A DNA stretch of 64,000 bases from Paraphysomonas bandaiensis (GCA_965644295.1 CBFFRP010000253.1:1-64000), one strand, 5' to 3'; counted from the stretch's first letter, positions 15,560 through 28,585 are shown. Notes: generated by a model not told the origin, from the letters alone. Program-made: numbers and translations.

Positions 15560-16483
15560 CTGGACACGCGTTGGAACTACCTAATGTGGAAGAACTGCCA
15601 CAATTCTTCACACGTCAAACGGCTGACGATCTACGGGTGAGTGTGTTGTGTCAAGCGGACGTGGAGGATAAGCAATCCGTTGTCCTATACATTGTGTCTA
15701 CTAGGCATAGAACAAGTGTTCACCAGGGGCAACAAGATGTATGTAGCTGACTTGAGAAATCGGATGGAACAAAACAATGTGAATATTACAACAACGGCCA
15801 TAAAAGAACAACCCCTGCGAGGACAAATTACAGGGGTGAAAGTAGACGTGTGTGGAGCGGGGTCCACATGGACAAGGTCGATCTAAAGAGCAGGAGACTG
15901 AAAGAGACTATAAGATGCGAACAGTCGGGACTGCCGATATCATGGTCAGAAACATAGCGAAGTACTCGAACAGCCGTTTAAATATAAGAAGGCCATCCAC
16001 AGGAACATCTATTGTTGCGCCACGAGTAGCATTCACGGGACGGAAGCCCAATTACAAGAAGGGGCAAGAGATAGCATTCGGTGACTACGTTGAATGTTAC
16101 AACCCTAAGGTTAAGAGCAACGACGCTGAAGTTGATGTATCGCTTTATATCCTACTGGCAACGCTATGGCAGTTGGGTTTTATGAACGCTAAGACATGCA
16201 AACGTGGTTCAACAGACTGTATACGTGGACACATAGTCACTGACTGAGCAATGCAATCAATAATGATGTGTCTGACTATGGCGGCTAAGGAGGGAAGACT
16301 TATAGGCACCATGAACATCGGAGACGCCTTCCTAATTGCTGGATGTCCGATGAAGAAGTCATCATGGAGCTGGGACCTCATACTAACTACAATATTAAAA
16401 AAAGGTGATGCCTGAGGTATCCCCTTATGTTGACACGCCCGGTAAAGTACTAGTCAGACTAGATTATGCTCTGTATGGATGTA
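15560..16483 (+). mobile_element. Degenerate Ty1/copia retrotransposon pol relic (integrase and RT fragments)
   Basis: APRVAFTGRKPNYKKGQEIAFGDYVECYNPKVKSN (region after the integrase core), IMMCLTMAAKEGRLIGTMNIGDAFL (RT D-I-x-x-A-F-L motif, decayed) and VLVRLDYALYGC (RT LxKALYG motif). Interrupted by stops, frameshifts and deletions. Confidence 0.8.
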
Positions 16484-17060
16484 ACCTTAGGGTTGTGACA
16501 TTCAACATAGTCACCGAACGCTAGCTCTAGCTCCTTCTTGTAATTGGGCCTCCGTCCCGTGAATGCTACTCGTCTTTAGAAACATTAATGAACAAATAGC
16601 TCTTTTCAACTAAATTGTCGACAAGTCCTTCAGATGCACCGGACTCATAGCCTTCGTCTCATGTAGAAGCTGTTTCAGTTCCGCTTATGATAACATCATA
16701 CGTCGGTGAGCCATACTCACGTAATCTCTTCATTACACTTGTGTGATAGGCCCTATACTCTACTGGCCTGACTTTCCCTCCTCCGACGTGTCATTCTCAA
16801 TGCTAGTCTTGTTACTGCTAGTAGTACTGCTGTCGCATTTCACAGTGTGCTCTCCATTGTCTGACTCCTCGTCAATGAGCTCCGGGACCTCACCGTCTCA
16901 TCTAAGTCTCCGCTTTGCCCTCTGTCGACTTCGGTTTGTTGAGCTCCGTTTGCATTCCACACTGATGGAAAAGGGCATACAGGTCTCGTGGTTAAAGTGG
17001 GCAAAGCTACAGTACTCTGTAAGACATCTAAACAACGCATTGTCACCCGCGACTCAACGG
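16482..17060 (-). mobile_element. Second copia relic in inverted orientation
   Basis: Minus strand 16572-16482 reads RVAFTGRRPNYKKELELAFGDYVECHNPKV, near-identical in DNA to 16023-16113. The upstream part is stop-riddled (DGEVPELIDEESDNGES). Outer boundary approximate. Confidence 0.65.
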
Positions 17061-18240
17061 AATTGAAACCGGTAGGGGTATCAGACATGCTAATGTAGTG
17101 ATGAAATGTGCAGACTTCATAAGAGGGCAGGGCTACAATATGAACGTACCAAAGGTGCAGCAGGACAACACTTCCATTTTTCTGTAGTAGCGAAGGGCGT
17201 ATGTATTCCACTTTCGCTATTCACTGGAATAATAGAAGTAGTAACGAAATGGTTGATTTTGATATATGTAGTAAAAGTACTGAGAAGTAGAAACCGAGTA
17301 AGAAACCGACACTATGCATTGAATGAAATCTAAGAGAATATTCCATGGTCTGGAAGGGGATTGGAACCATGGATAGACTCATTCTATATATATGAAAGTC
17401 TGATTACGGTTGCTCATTCAAATACCACTTGTCATTAGTGATATAGTGTATTGAAAGAGCCTAACTTAACCCTAATCGAATAGCTTAGAGACCTCTAAAA
17501 TGCTCGTGTGATAAGTGGGCACGCATTTGCACTGTGGCAGCTAAACTTCATAACTACATCATAGACATGGGTGAGGGTGGGGATAGCGCAATGTCAGCGG
17601 GTCGAGCGGAATGTGATATTCAAGGAGGGAACGCAAGCTTAATGTACTTAAGTGGGAATTTCAATGCAAGTGACGAGATCTAGAACACTAACCGTTCAAG
17701 TCGAGATCACGGTCGACAACTAACACAGTGCCTACACGATGAAGGAGTTTAGGACCTCTTGTGAAAGTTTATAACTGCCTAGTTCCATTTAAATAATAAA
17801 ACAACCATCACTCTAAAACTCCAATACAATAAATCACAATCCCACTCGATGCGTGATGAGATGCACTCCATCATACCGTAAAGCTTTGAATCAACGCCGT
17901 CAGTCCCACCCACTTGATCTCATCGCTTCTCTTGCTGCTGTCTGTTGACTGCAAATAGACAGCATGCCACTCGAAGAAGAGGGTTGAGTGGGTGAACCCA
18001 TGCAGATATATGGAGCGTTATCGTGTCGTGGTGGTGGGATATGCATGGGCTCCTATAGGGATGCATGCACTATGCAATGAATGCTGCTGTGAGGGATCAG
18101 CATGTGATGGATTCATTGAATGATATGCAGGAGTTCATGGAGATTATGCTGTTAGTGTGTCTTATGTTGCTGTGAATGAGTCCTGGAGGCAGACATCAGC
18201 ATCACTGCTACGCTATGGACAAAGCTGCTCATATCAATGA

Positions 18241-19170
18241 TACACAGGGATGTATAGATCAGTACACAGGGATGCATAGATCAGTACACAGGGATTGTAT
18301 GTATAGATCAGTACACAGGGATGTATAGATCAGTACACAGGGATGTATAGATCAGTACACAGGGATGTATAGATCAGTACACAGGGATGTATAGATCAGT
18401 ACACAGGGATGTATAGATCAGTACACAGGGATGTATAGATCAGTACACAGGGGTGTATAGATCAGTACACAGGGATTGTATGTATAGATCAGTACACAGG
18501 GATGTATAGATCAGTACACAGGGATGTATAGATCAGTACACAGGGATGTATAGATCAGTACACAGGGATGTATAGATCAGTACACAGGGATGTATAGATC
18601 AGTACACAGGGGTGTATAGATCAGTACACAGGGATTGTATGCATAGATCAGTACACAGGGATGTATAGATCAGTACACAGGGATTGTATGTATAGATCAG
18701 TACACAGGGATGTATAGATCAGTACACAGGGGTGTATAGATCAGTACACAGGGGTGTATAGATCAGTACACAGGGATGTATAGATCAGTACACAGGGATG
18801 TATAGATCAGTACACAGGGATGTATAGATCAGTACACAGGGATTGTATGTATAGATCAGTACACAGGGATGTATAGATCAGTACACAGGGATTGTATGTA
18901 TAGATCAGTACACAGGGATGTATAGATCAGTACACAGGGGTGTATAGATCAGTACACAGGGGTGTATAGATCAGTACACAGGGATGCATAGATCAGTACA
19001 CAGGGATGCATAGATCAGTACACAGGGATTGTATGCATAGATCAGTACACAGGGATGTATAGATCAGTACACAGGGATGTATAGATCAGTACACAGGGAT
19101 GTATAGATCAGTACACAGGGATGTATAGATCAGTACACAGGGATGTATAGATCAGTACACAGGGATTGTA
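18241..19170. repeat. 22-bp minisatellite (TACACAGGGATGTATAGATCAG) with interspersed 27-bp variants, about 40 units
   Basis: Read directly. Variants: GGGATTGTATGTATAG insertion type, GGGGTG and GATGCA. Confidence 0.97.
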
Positions 19171-19476
19171 TGTACATGTATATGTAGCCCGTGTACAATG
19201 ATATGTAGCCCGTGTGGGATTGGTCAGTACGATCATATCCCGCCGTTGCATACTTAACATAAACACCACTCGCTCCCTTGCCCTTCATCTCATATCACTA
19301 TAATATTCCGTTGTAAACCATTAATTTCTTTCTTTGTAATTCCTTTCATTACATTGAAGGTTCCTGTAGTTGAAGTGGTGCAATAGAACCCTTTAATCAA
19401 TCAGTTTATCTCTGCTGGCTGAGGTGCATATCTTCCTATAGAAACACAGACTCTACCCTGCAGCAGTACCCTCATA

Positions 19477-20759
19477 ATGGTTCTAGATAACACAGATACT
19501 TCCCTTGCCCAAGATGTATATACTGTACAAGATGGAGACACTCTTGTTGGCATCTCTATCAAGTGTAACGTGTCAGTGGCTCGTATCAAGCAATACAATC
19601 ATTTATACGGCAAAAATAAGATATATTTCGGACAGGTAACACACTGCTGTGTATTCCCTCTTATCTCTAGTTTCATATTATATATAAGGTGATTCGTCTC
19701 AAACCGTATACGGATATAACTGAGAGACCATTCAAGATGCTTGCCGATTGTCATAGAGGTTCTTCGTTTAAAGAGAAGGAGAGATTGCGTGCATCGACTG
19801 CATCAATGAAGAGTTATATAAATAAAATGCCACAACTGTCATCTGATTCTGTGGAAGCGTCATCCTGTGGGTCAGAGATATCTGTTACTGTCACTGAAGC
19901 CGCTCAACCATTGAAGAGTATCTCATCCTTTCGTTACAAAGCAATCAGCGATCCCAACCTGAGTGATAAGGCGAACTGTGGCAAGCTGAAAATAGAAGAT
20001 GAAATTCATATATTTCCGAGACGACGCATAACATACTGGGATAATGTATGCGAGTACTCGGATGACGAGACTGAATCGGTTTGTGACTACGATCAATTCA
20101 CAGATATGGAGTTCTCAAGCTCGCCCTCATCCTCCGTTGACTTGTTACAGCACCAACTGCACTTACCACCCTCAGTTCAGATACAAAATGCTAACAGCAG
20201 CATTCTTAGTAACCGTCAGGTGGGAGCTCTGGCTCGGCGACTTCCTGCCTCACTGCAGCTTGATTCTTGGGTTCCGCTCTACTCACTGCAACTGCACGGT
20301 GCTGACCTGAACTCTTTTTACCAGTGCGCAAAGGGTCACAAGTACACTCTCCTCGTGGTGCGAGCGGAGGACGGCAGTGCGTTTGGAGGATTTGGGTCTG
20401 AACCTTGGCGGCCACAACGACAGCATATGTTTTATGGAGGAGGGGAATGCTTTCTCTTCAGGACACTCAGCGACTCCAAAGCTGACGATGTGGAGGTGTT
20501 CGACTGGAAGTTTGAGAACTATTTTTTCATGTGGAGTAGTCATGAGCAGGTGGCGATGGGTGGCGGAGGGGGGCAATTTGGCTTTGTTCTTGATCCAGAC
20601 TTCCTATACGGCGAAACCAACCCATGTGACACCTTCGGGAACCCTCGCCTTACTCCGCACATACTACCATTCAAGATATCTGACGTTGAGCTTTGGGGGT
20701 TCGAGAGTTTTATAAACACAACCAGTGCCTGTGGTGGTGGATACCGAGAGGCACTATAA
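19477..20759 (+). CDS. LysM + TLDc domain protein (OXR1/NCOA7-like)
   Basis: Exon 1 (19477-19635) encodes LysM (YTVQDGDTLVGISIKCNVSVARIKQYNHL). Exon 2 (19689-20759) encodes TLDc (LYSLQLHGADLNSFY, FGGFGSEPW, YGGGECFLF, MGGGGGQFG, CDTFGNP, VELWGF). Confidence 0.9.
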
Positions 20760-21954
20760 CTGAACAACGGACATGTTCTCGAGACAAGACCTCACAACAA
20801 GCACGTACTTGAGCTGTTATTTTTGATTGTTACGAAGACATATATTCGAGTTAATATATTTTCTTAAAAGTTTCATGTACTACCTACTGTAGCCCATGCC
20901 AATTTTATCTGATATCAAATTGGGTCTATATGACTCTAATATTTTAAGTGTTATGTTTTATGGTTAAAAGTGAAGCCCGATCTATAGCTGATTAGGCTAA
21001 TCCTATTTTATGAAAATACTTGTCTATGTGAGACAAGTTAACTTGGATAATTAAGTATCATATTTTCCTAAGCTATGAAGGGTTAGTTTGAGGTCTGAGG
21101 TGCAAGCAAATACGAATGTTATGTTTGTCTGTGTCATGTGTTACGCATTACTGCATCAATTGTTACCAGACATCATCTGTGTGTGCAATATGAGCATCTG
21201 TTTTCCCACAGACCACAGATGACAGCATAGCGCATAGCTGCACATGTATATACTCAGTTAGTTTATGTTACTCAATCTTTTGATAACTTCAATATGCATA
21301 CTACGACTAGTTCTCCTCTACCATGCATCTCTTACAGGGCAGGGCTAGTGGGCTCTATATATATGGTATACTCACAGAGCTCTTACAGTTATCCATTAAT
21401 AGTAACCATAGACATGACACGTGTAGACAAATCTTATATTAACTGCTTCTAATGGTAACTAAACACATTCTATTGCATAAGATAAACAACTAAACACTAG
21501 CTTATCTACTCCTCTCTCTCTCTCCCTCCATGGAGTCACTGGTTGGATATATGAGGCATAAGATACTGTAAACCCCCATACAGATACATGTACACACACA
21601 GCATAGAGCAGCCAGTGTCTATATACTGGAGTATTGGACTCAAAACACCCAATTTTTATAAAGAATTCCTAAGAAACACCAAAACCTGGACTAAATACTA
21701 ACTGTATTTTCAGCATTTTCAATTAGTAGAGAAATAAACAAGATTTTTGGGCACATAAATACACCAAAACTACAAAAAAGGAGGAAATATGACTAAAAGT
21801 GGAGGAAATATGTCAAAGTTAGTTTTTCTAGCTTATAAAAATCAGTAAATTTGGATAATATCAATGGTAGACATGAGGGATCCAGTGGGCTGGAGTTCAG
21901 TCCACTTAAACATATGTGTATATGCACCCACATCCCCTCTATAGTGCTATCCAG

Positions 21955-23435
21955 ATGATGAGATATATCTCACAGTGTAGAGTGATAGTCTTCGTATTGT
22001 TCACATGTCTTCAATGTACACAACAGACTGATCTGAAGGCTAATAAGCGGACGGTAATGGCTCATAGATACATACATATACACACATATAACACACACAC
22101 AGACGCATGTTCCTCCAACAGATGTCACTCCAATGGATCTCATACGCAGTCAGATGTCTCTTGGTCACATGATTGTTGATCAAAATCATAAGATTGCTTT
22201 TTGTCCCGTTGAAAAGGTAGCCGACACACACACACACACACACATACATACACACACGCATACACGCATATGTATATGTATACACATGACTGCATATGTA
22301 TATATATGACTGTATATATATGTAACTCTGACTGTGTATGTATATATATGACTGTGTATGTATATATATGACTGTGTATGTATATATATGTTTTTTACTC
22401 TATTTTTGTTGCAGGTTGCGTCTACCCATATTAGACAGGTACAGGTACTTGTATTACTACTGAAGGAGTAATATTTATGTTCAGCTCTTTTACCGCATGT
22501 CGGGCGATAAACTTTGGTTCATGCCCCCATACCACAAGCCAGGCAACTTAGTTACTTTTACATCAATGAACGACACAAAAAGGACTCATGAGATTATGCA
22601 CGATCCTACATGGATTAAAGCTATATTTTTTCGTGACCCTGCTAAAAGGTAAGTTCGGTGTGTGCTTGAAGTATTGTCATTAACACCTGCAGGTTGCTCT
22701 CTTCATATCTTCACCTTATCAAGAACCCCAAAGCAAGCCCTAGATACAAGACGTACATCAAAAAGTTCAACCGAAGTACCAGCTGGGATGATTTCTGGAG
22801 GCTTGCGACGGAGAAAAATGGATTAGACAATCCCCATTGGAAGGCCCAAGTTTCCTACTGCAATTTCCAGAAGTTTTATTCTCTGGTAAGTGTTCACTTA
22901 CCACTTTGCATTTGAATATAATATATGGTAGTATAACTTCGTGGGGAACTATGAGATGATCAAGGATCATTTTGCTCTGCTTGAGCGCATGGCAGGACTA
23001 CAAAATTTCAGTACGTACTTGTTAACCCCTCTCTGCTGCCGCAAACTAATATCTCTATGTGTGATGCCAGCGGCCTCTGGGTGGGAGATGACGAAACGTA
23101 TACGGCAACCTTGGTCGGCTGGGCATGATATGCAATGGCATATTGACCTGTGGAGGCGTAGGGGCATATCTCTTGAGCCGAACCCAGAAATATCAGGCGA
23201 CTGTATGTGGTGCTCCAACGAGGCCCACCATAAGGCGAGTTACTACTATCTTACCCAACCATTGCGTTAACATTAGTGTCTATACCCACAGAACAATTAT
23301 TCCAGCAATCCGGTAGATAGCTATCTAACCTCCTCTGTATTGCATGGGATCAGAAATAGCCACAGATACCAGAAAGACTACGGTTTCTTTAAAAAGATCA
23401 CCACAATCCCTTTTAACAGAAGCATGTACTTATAG
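21955..23435 (+). CDS. Carbohydrate sulfotransferase (Sulfotransfer_2 / CHST-like), multi-exon
   Basis: N-terminal hydrophobic anchor, 5'-PSB-like KIAFCPVEK|VAST, 3'-PB-like IFFRDPAKR|LLSSY, and DNPHWKAQ. The terminal YQKDYGFF motif is reached through a GC-AG intron at 23235-23291. Confidence 0.75.
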
Positions 23436-23725
23436 TACTTGAGGAACTCATCAACATGAGTTACATTTTGGTATTTTCTAATATATATTGCTAATGTGGT
23501 GATACGCTTCTGTGCAATAATCGGAAAGTAATTAGTACGTGCAGTATAGAATGATGCGATTTTGGAATTGATTTTATTTTCTAGACAAGAAGCACACTTG
23601 ATCAAGAGCGAGCTTGCATAGTGTATGTAACATTGGTAAAAAGTTGTAAAAAATTAACCGAATATGTTTATTTCTATAACATCATATACACATCAATCTG
23701 TCTATTATCTATTACCCGTCCCAAG

Positions 23726-24957
23726 CAGGGCCAGTCAAAAATATATTGGATTTCAGTATATTGCAATTATTTATTCTTGCTTGCTACAATATATTGATTA
23801 TTATTTTAGCAAAACTTGGCTTCGCAATATATTGATTTATATTGCTCATGCTAGTGTGTCTGAGAAAATATACTTGATTAAGATCATAATCACTTAACTC
23901 ATCTACTATTATAACATCGAACAATTATGATAACTACCTGCAACGAAGATCACTATTCATGTTCAATACTAGTATTCGTACTGTCTGTCTCTGTAAGGCT
24001 ATTCACCAGATAGTAAACTCCAAACTGCTTTAATTGATGGTGTCATTCTCATACAAATATGTTTGTCTTGTGATCTGTAATAGAATGCCCGTCTAAACAC
24101 AGTCACTAAGGAAGTGCCAGTAAAATGATCGCCATATCCGCCCAAACCCCACTACTAAACAATCACTGTACAGTATACAGTCATAGTCATTACCTACATA
24201 TGCATGTGAGCATGTGAAGAAACTGTTTGTTCTTCTTACTTTAACAGTATAGTCCAGTGGGTTCAGTGGGTTGATTCTCGTATCGGCATCCTTTCTATAT
24301 ATTTTTGTTCAAAGATGCCTGATATATTGAGACAACAATTATGTGTACTTCAGCCGTAGTTGTACTTCAGTAATATAGACGAATTTTGCTTCAATTTATT
24401 TCCGAAAAATAAGATGCATACGCTCCATCTCTGCTCATCATGTGCTTTGATGGATTGTTCATTCCACTGATTTTTCATTGTTTTTGCACAGAGCTACCAA
24501 GAAGTTACGACTACAGCTTCACCCCCAGTGTTGATCGACTACAAGCACATATTCAGTACAACTAATGTTGTGGAGCGTTTGTTCAGCAGAGCCAAGATTA
24601 TCATGACACACTTGCTGCAAGGAATAACCCTACGACCCCTCGAACTGCTGCTGTTCCTTCGCTTCAACAAGCACTTGTGGACGGCAAAGACTGTGCAATA
24701 GGTCATCGATGATGGACTGTCCGATTATAAGAATGAGGACGACAGTGACGAAGAGTTGGAACTAGTTGTTGCATTTTTATTGGGTTTTCATCATTATGTT
24801 GAAACCTCTACTAACTAGTTACTACCGATCGAGCTCATTTCTTCTTAGCGCCCAATATATATCAATGTATTGCAACATATTTAATAATTATTATTGGTCT
24901 TGAAAACATTATTACTATTATTTATTTTTGCTTGCAATATATTGTTGACTGGCCCTG
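23726..24957 (+). mobile_element. Non-autonomous hAT DNA transposon (1232 bp) with a decayed transposase C-terminus
   Basis: TIRs CAGGGCCAGTCAAAAATATATTG / CAATATATTGTTGACTGGCCCTG. Perfect 8-bp TSD GTCCCAAG (23718-23725 and 24958-24965). Internal STTNVVERLFSRAKIIMT...LELLLFLRFNKHLW (hAT dimerisation region) at about 24530-24770. Confidence 0.93.
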
Positions 24958-25344
24958 GTCCCAAGTGAGCAGCAACAAATCTTTTACGTATCTTACTAAG
25001 CGGATAGACACACACACGCTTACGAATTCATACACCTTTGATGTCTTTGTATTGTTATTGAGTTAATCATCAATATAACCGCACAGCCTAGCCAGCACAT
25101 TGACACCAATTTTAAATCTAAAGTAGCACTTCAATACATTTTCCTGCAGCCATAATAGTAGCTAGTACTTGCAATATGAGACTCGCCGCAACGAAGAACA
25201 AACACAAAAACAGCTACCTGCCGCGTACCATATGAAAGATCTCGCATTGAATTGATAAGATAGCTACATATGGGAACCACTAAAGCTCTCTATTACATGA
25301 ACGGCTTGCAAGTTGTCAGCCTACATCCCATAGATACATTGCAT

Positions 25345-28050
25345 CTATAGGCTTGAATTTTCCATTTCTGCCATAGGGTTTCTGGTTGATGCACCACTTT
25401 CATTACCCTCATTTGCACCATGTCCAGCAGGTTCATTGATAGGTGTGGTCAAACTGGACGACACGGACCTGTTGCGAATTGCATTGAAGAATTCATGAGA
25501 AAGACACATGGGAATTCAAGCGACTTACTTTTTCTTGTAATAGTATGCCCCAAACACAGCAATGGCAATGCACGCTAGGATTACAAAGGGTACTGTGACA
25601 CCAATCACAACAGCTTCGTCATCATCATCATCGCTCCCGCCGCCCTTGGTGTCGGTGGGCACAGAGGGAGCAGCAGTCGGAACAGACGGCGCATCAGTTG
25701 GGTGAAGTGAAGGAGCGGTGGGAAAAACAGTTGGCGCTGGAGTAGGAGGAGGAATGTCGCAGCGTGTGTTGAGCCCAAGCAGCTGCACGGTACCCTTGTA
25801 GTTAACTTCCGATGCGTAACTCCAGGCGTTGGCCATACAAATCCCATAGTAGCCCTCTCCTTCAATACCGTACTGGGTGACATTCTCCAGGGCAGTGTAC
25901 AGCCCTTCGTCTACAGACCTCCATGAGCTTGGCCACTCACCCGCATACTGCACACCAGGTATGTAGTAGTTGAAGCCTCCCACCTGCACACCTGAGGACT
26001 GGGTACTGTAGTACACAAGCAGTGCCATATCGTAGGCCCATTCCCCAGTCTCAGACCCCGAAAAGTACAGTGATATGTCGATCATATCCAGTGAAGCATT
26101 GGCCGCGAAAGAAAGACACTTCATCTCTTTGCCTGCGAGGCTAAGATCGTAGCTAAGCTCCACCGGCTCGTCGCACTCAGATGTGAGAGCCCAAGGCGTT
26201 GCAGTAGGGGCGTGGGACAGAGATGGTGCAGAGGTGGGATCAAAGGACGGGGCTGCGGAGGGAGGGAAAGATGAGGAGGGTGCGGGAGTCGCTTTTATTG
26301 TGGGCAGAATAGAGGGTGCCGGGGAGATTGTAGGGGCTGCAGTTGGCAATTCAGAGGGAGTCGCTGTCGGAGGAGTGCCTGTGGTCATCAATGACGGGGA
26401 AAATTTCAGAGATCCAGTGTAATCAACAAGGAACCCCCCCGATGCAGTCGTATAGCCATTTCCGACACACACACTCCACTGTGTCGCATTGAACTGAGCA
26501 CGAGACACAACAGCCGTGTAGTTGTACCACCCCTCTAGATGAGAATTCCATGAAGTTGGCCACTTGTCAATAACACCACACTCAGGATAGTTATAGTTCC
26601 ATCCGCCATACTGTAAACACTGAATCATCTCGCCCTCTTCAGTGAGCTCTTTAACGACAAGAAACATATCAGCAGCAAATGTTGCAGTCGATTTTGTTCC
26701 GCCATCAAAATACAGTGTAGTATTAATTATAGTTAAGTTGCCGGTAGCTAATAGACTGGAGCACTCTGATTCACCTAAAACAAACATATAAGTTAACTGG
26801 ACTATAAACAATAATAAGAGGAACAAGAATATGTACTTATAATATGATAGCAAATAAATATCAAGAGCTATAAGTATGATAAGAGGGTTATGTGTGTGAT
26901 AAGAGGGTTATATGTGTGATGAGAGGGTTATGTCTGTGATAAGAGGGTTATAGGTGTGAAAAGAGGGTTATGTGTGTGATAAGAGGGTTATGATGAGAGG
27001 GTTGTGATGACAGGGTAATGTGTGATAAGGGGGTTATGTGTGTGATAAGAGGGTTATGTGTGTGATGATAGGGTTATGTGTGTGATGATAGGGTTATGTG
27101 GAGGGTTATGATGATAGGGTTGTGTGGAGGGTTATGCCGAGGTTATGATGAGAGGGTTATGAGTATGATGAGAGGGTTAAGTGTGTGATGAGGGTTATGA
27201 TGACAGGGTTATGTGGAGGGTTATGATGAGAGGGCTGTGTGGAGGGTTATGAATATGATGAGAGGGTTAAGTGTGTGATGAGGGTTATGATGACAGGGTT
27301 ATGTGGAGGGTTATGATGAGAGGGCTGTGTGGAGGGTTATGAATATGATGAGAGGGTTAAGTGTGTGATGAGGGTAATGATGAGAGGGCTGTGTGGAGGG
27401 TAATGATGAGAGGGCTGTGTGGAGGGTTATCATGAGAGGGTTGTGTGGAGGGTTATGATGAGAGGGTTGTGTGTGTGATGAGAGGGTTGTGTGGAGGGTT
27501 ATGATGAGAGGGTTGTGTGTGTGATGAGAGGGTTGTGTGGAGGGTTATGATGAGAGGGTTGTGTGTGTGATGAGAGGGTTGTGTGGAGGGTTATGATGAG
27601 AGGGTTGTGTGTGTGATGAGAGGGTTGTTTGGAGGGTTGTGTGGAGGGTTATGATGAGAGGGTTGTGTGTGTGATGAGGGTTATCATGAGAGGGTTGTTT
27701 GGAGGGTTATGATGAGAGGGTTGTGTGTGTGATGAGAGGGTTGTGTGGAGGGTTATGATGAGAGGGTTGTGTGTGTGATGAGAGGGTTGTTTGGAGGGTT
27801 ATGATGAGAGGGTTGTGTGTGTGATGAGAGGGTTGTTTGGAGGGTTATGATGAGAGGGTTGTGTGTGTGATGAGAGGGTTGTTTGGAGGGTTGTGTGGAG
27901 GGTTATGATGAGAGGGTTGTGTGTATACGTACCTCCAGCTACTTGTACGGAGTATTTCATAGCCGCTGGCTCTCCCTCATTAGATGTCTGATAGATACGA
28001 CCATGCACCGCATATGCGGTGAGAAGTAAAACACATGCAGTGATATGCAT
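25345..28050 (-). CDS. Type I membrane protein: signal peptide, two homologous Trp/Tyr/Gly-rich extracellular domains, Pro/Thr/Ser stalks, TM helix, short cytoplasmic tail
   Basis: Phase-consistent exons 28050-27933, 26774-25529 and 25468-25345. Signal peptide MHITACVLLLTAYAVHG, PTxAP repeats, TM VVIGVTVPFVILACIAIAVFGAYYY followed by KKK, tail containing TRNPM. Confidence 0.8.
26875..27925. repeat. G-rich degenerate minisatellite (GAGAGGGTT[A/G]TG... units) filling intron 1 of the membrane-protein gene
   Basis: Read directly: recurrent GAGGGTTATGATGA, GAGAGGGTTGTGTG and GGAGGGTT units. Confidence 0.92.
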
Positions 28051-28585
28051 TGCAGCTTGTTTTAATAGTGTCTGATGATTGAGATATACGGCAACTTATT
28101 GATAGAGACTGTGATGCTGAAGTGGGAAAATACTAGTTTAGTTTTAGTATGAAAATGCTCAATTTTTAGTGAAAAGTCTCTGATTTTTTGCTATAATCAG
28201 CCTATTTTTGGTAGAAAGTTGGTTTTTGATAGTGAACATCTGTTTGATAGGAAGTTGTTTTTGTATCTTCTCTTCAGGCCATTTATCGAAACCTCTACAA
28301 GATACTCCCCCTGAAGAAGTGCGTAGAACTGGAGATGAATATCATAGAAAGAAGTGGAAGTGAAAACCCTTAAAGATATTAAAAAGCGTCCACTGTCATA
28401 TATCTCTACTGTGTATGTAGTACGCAGCAAAAGGAATGAAGTAAGTTGAAGAATAAAATGAAGTGAGTTGAAGTATAAGAAAGTGAGTTAGTGAATTCTT
28501 TAGAAGAACTTCATTCTACGAATATCAGTGTATTCATACAACTATATGAAGATATCATACTTACCATCTAAGTGCTTACTCTTAA

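Noticed and set aside
16482-16495. TAACCTTAGGGTT as an interstitial telomere seed
   Set aside because: It is part of the copia coding sequence (NPKV codons) and is also present at about 16101-16113.
17730-18100. Possible tiny spliced minus-strand gene
   Set aside because: Splice-like sites exist, but no consistent open frame of meaningful length could be built.
18241-19170. Possible CRISPR-like array
   Set aside because: Units are directly adjacent with no unique spacers, there are no cas genes, and the context is eukaryotic.
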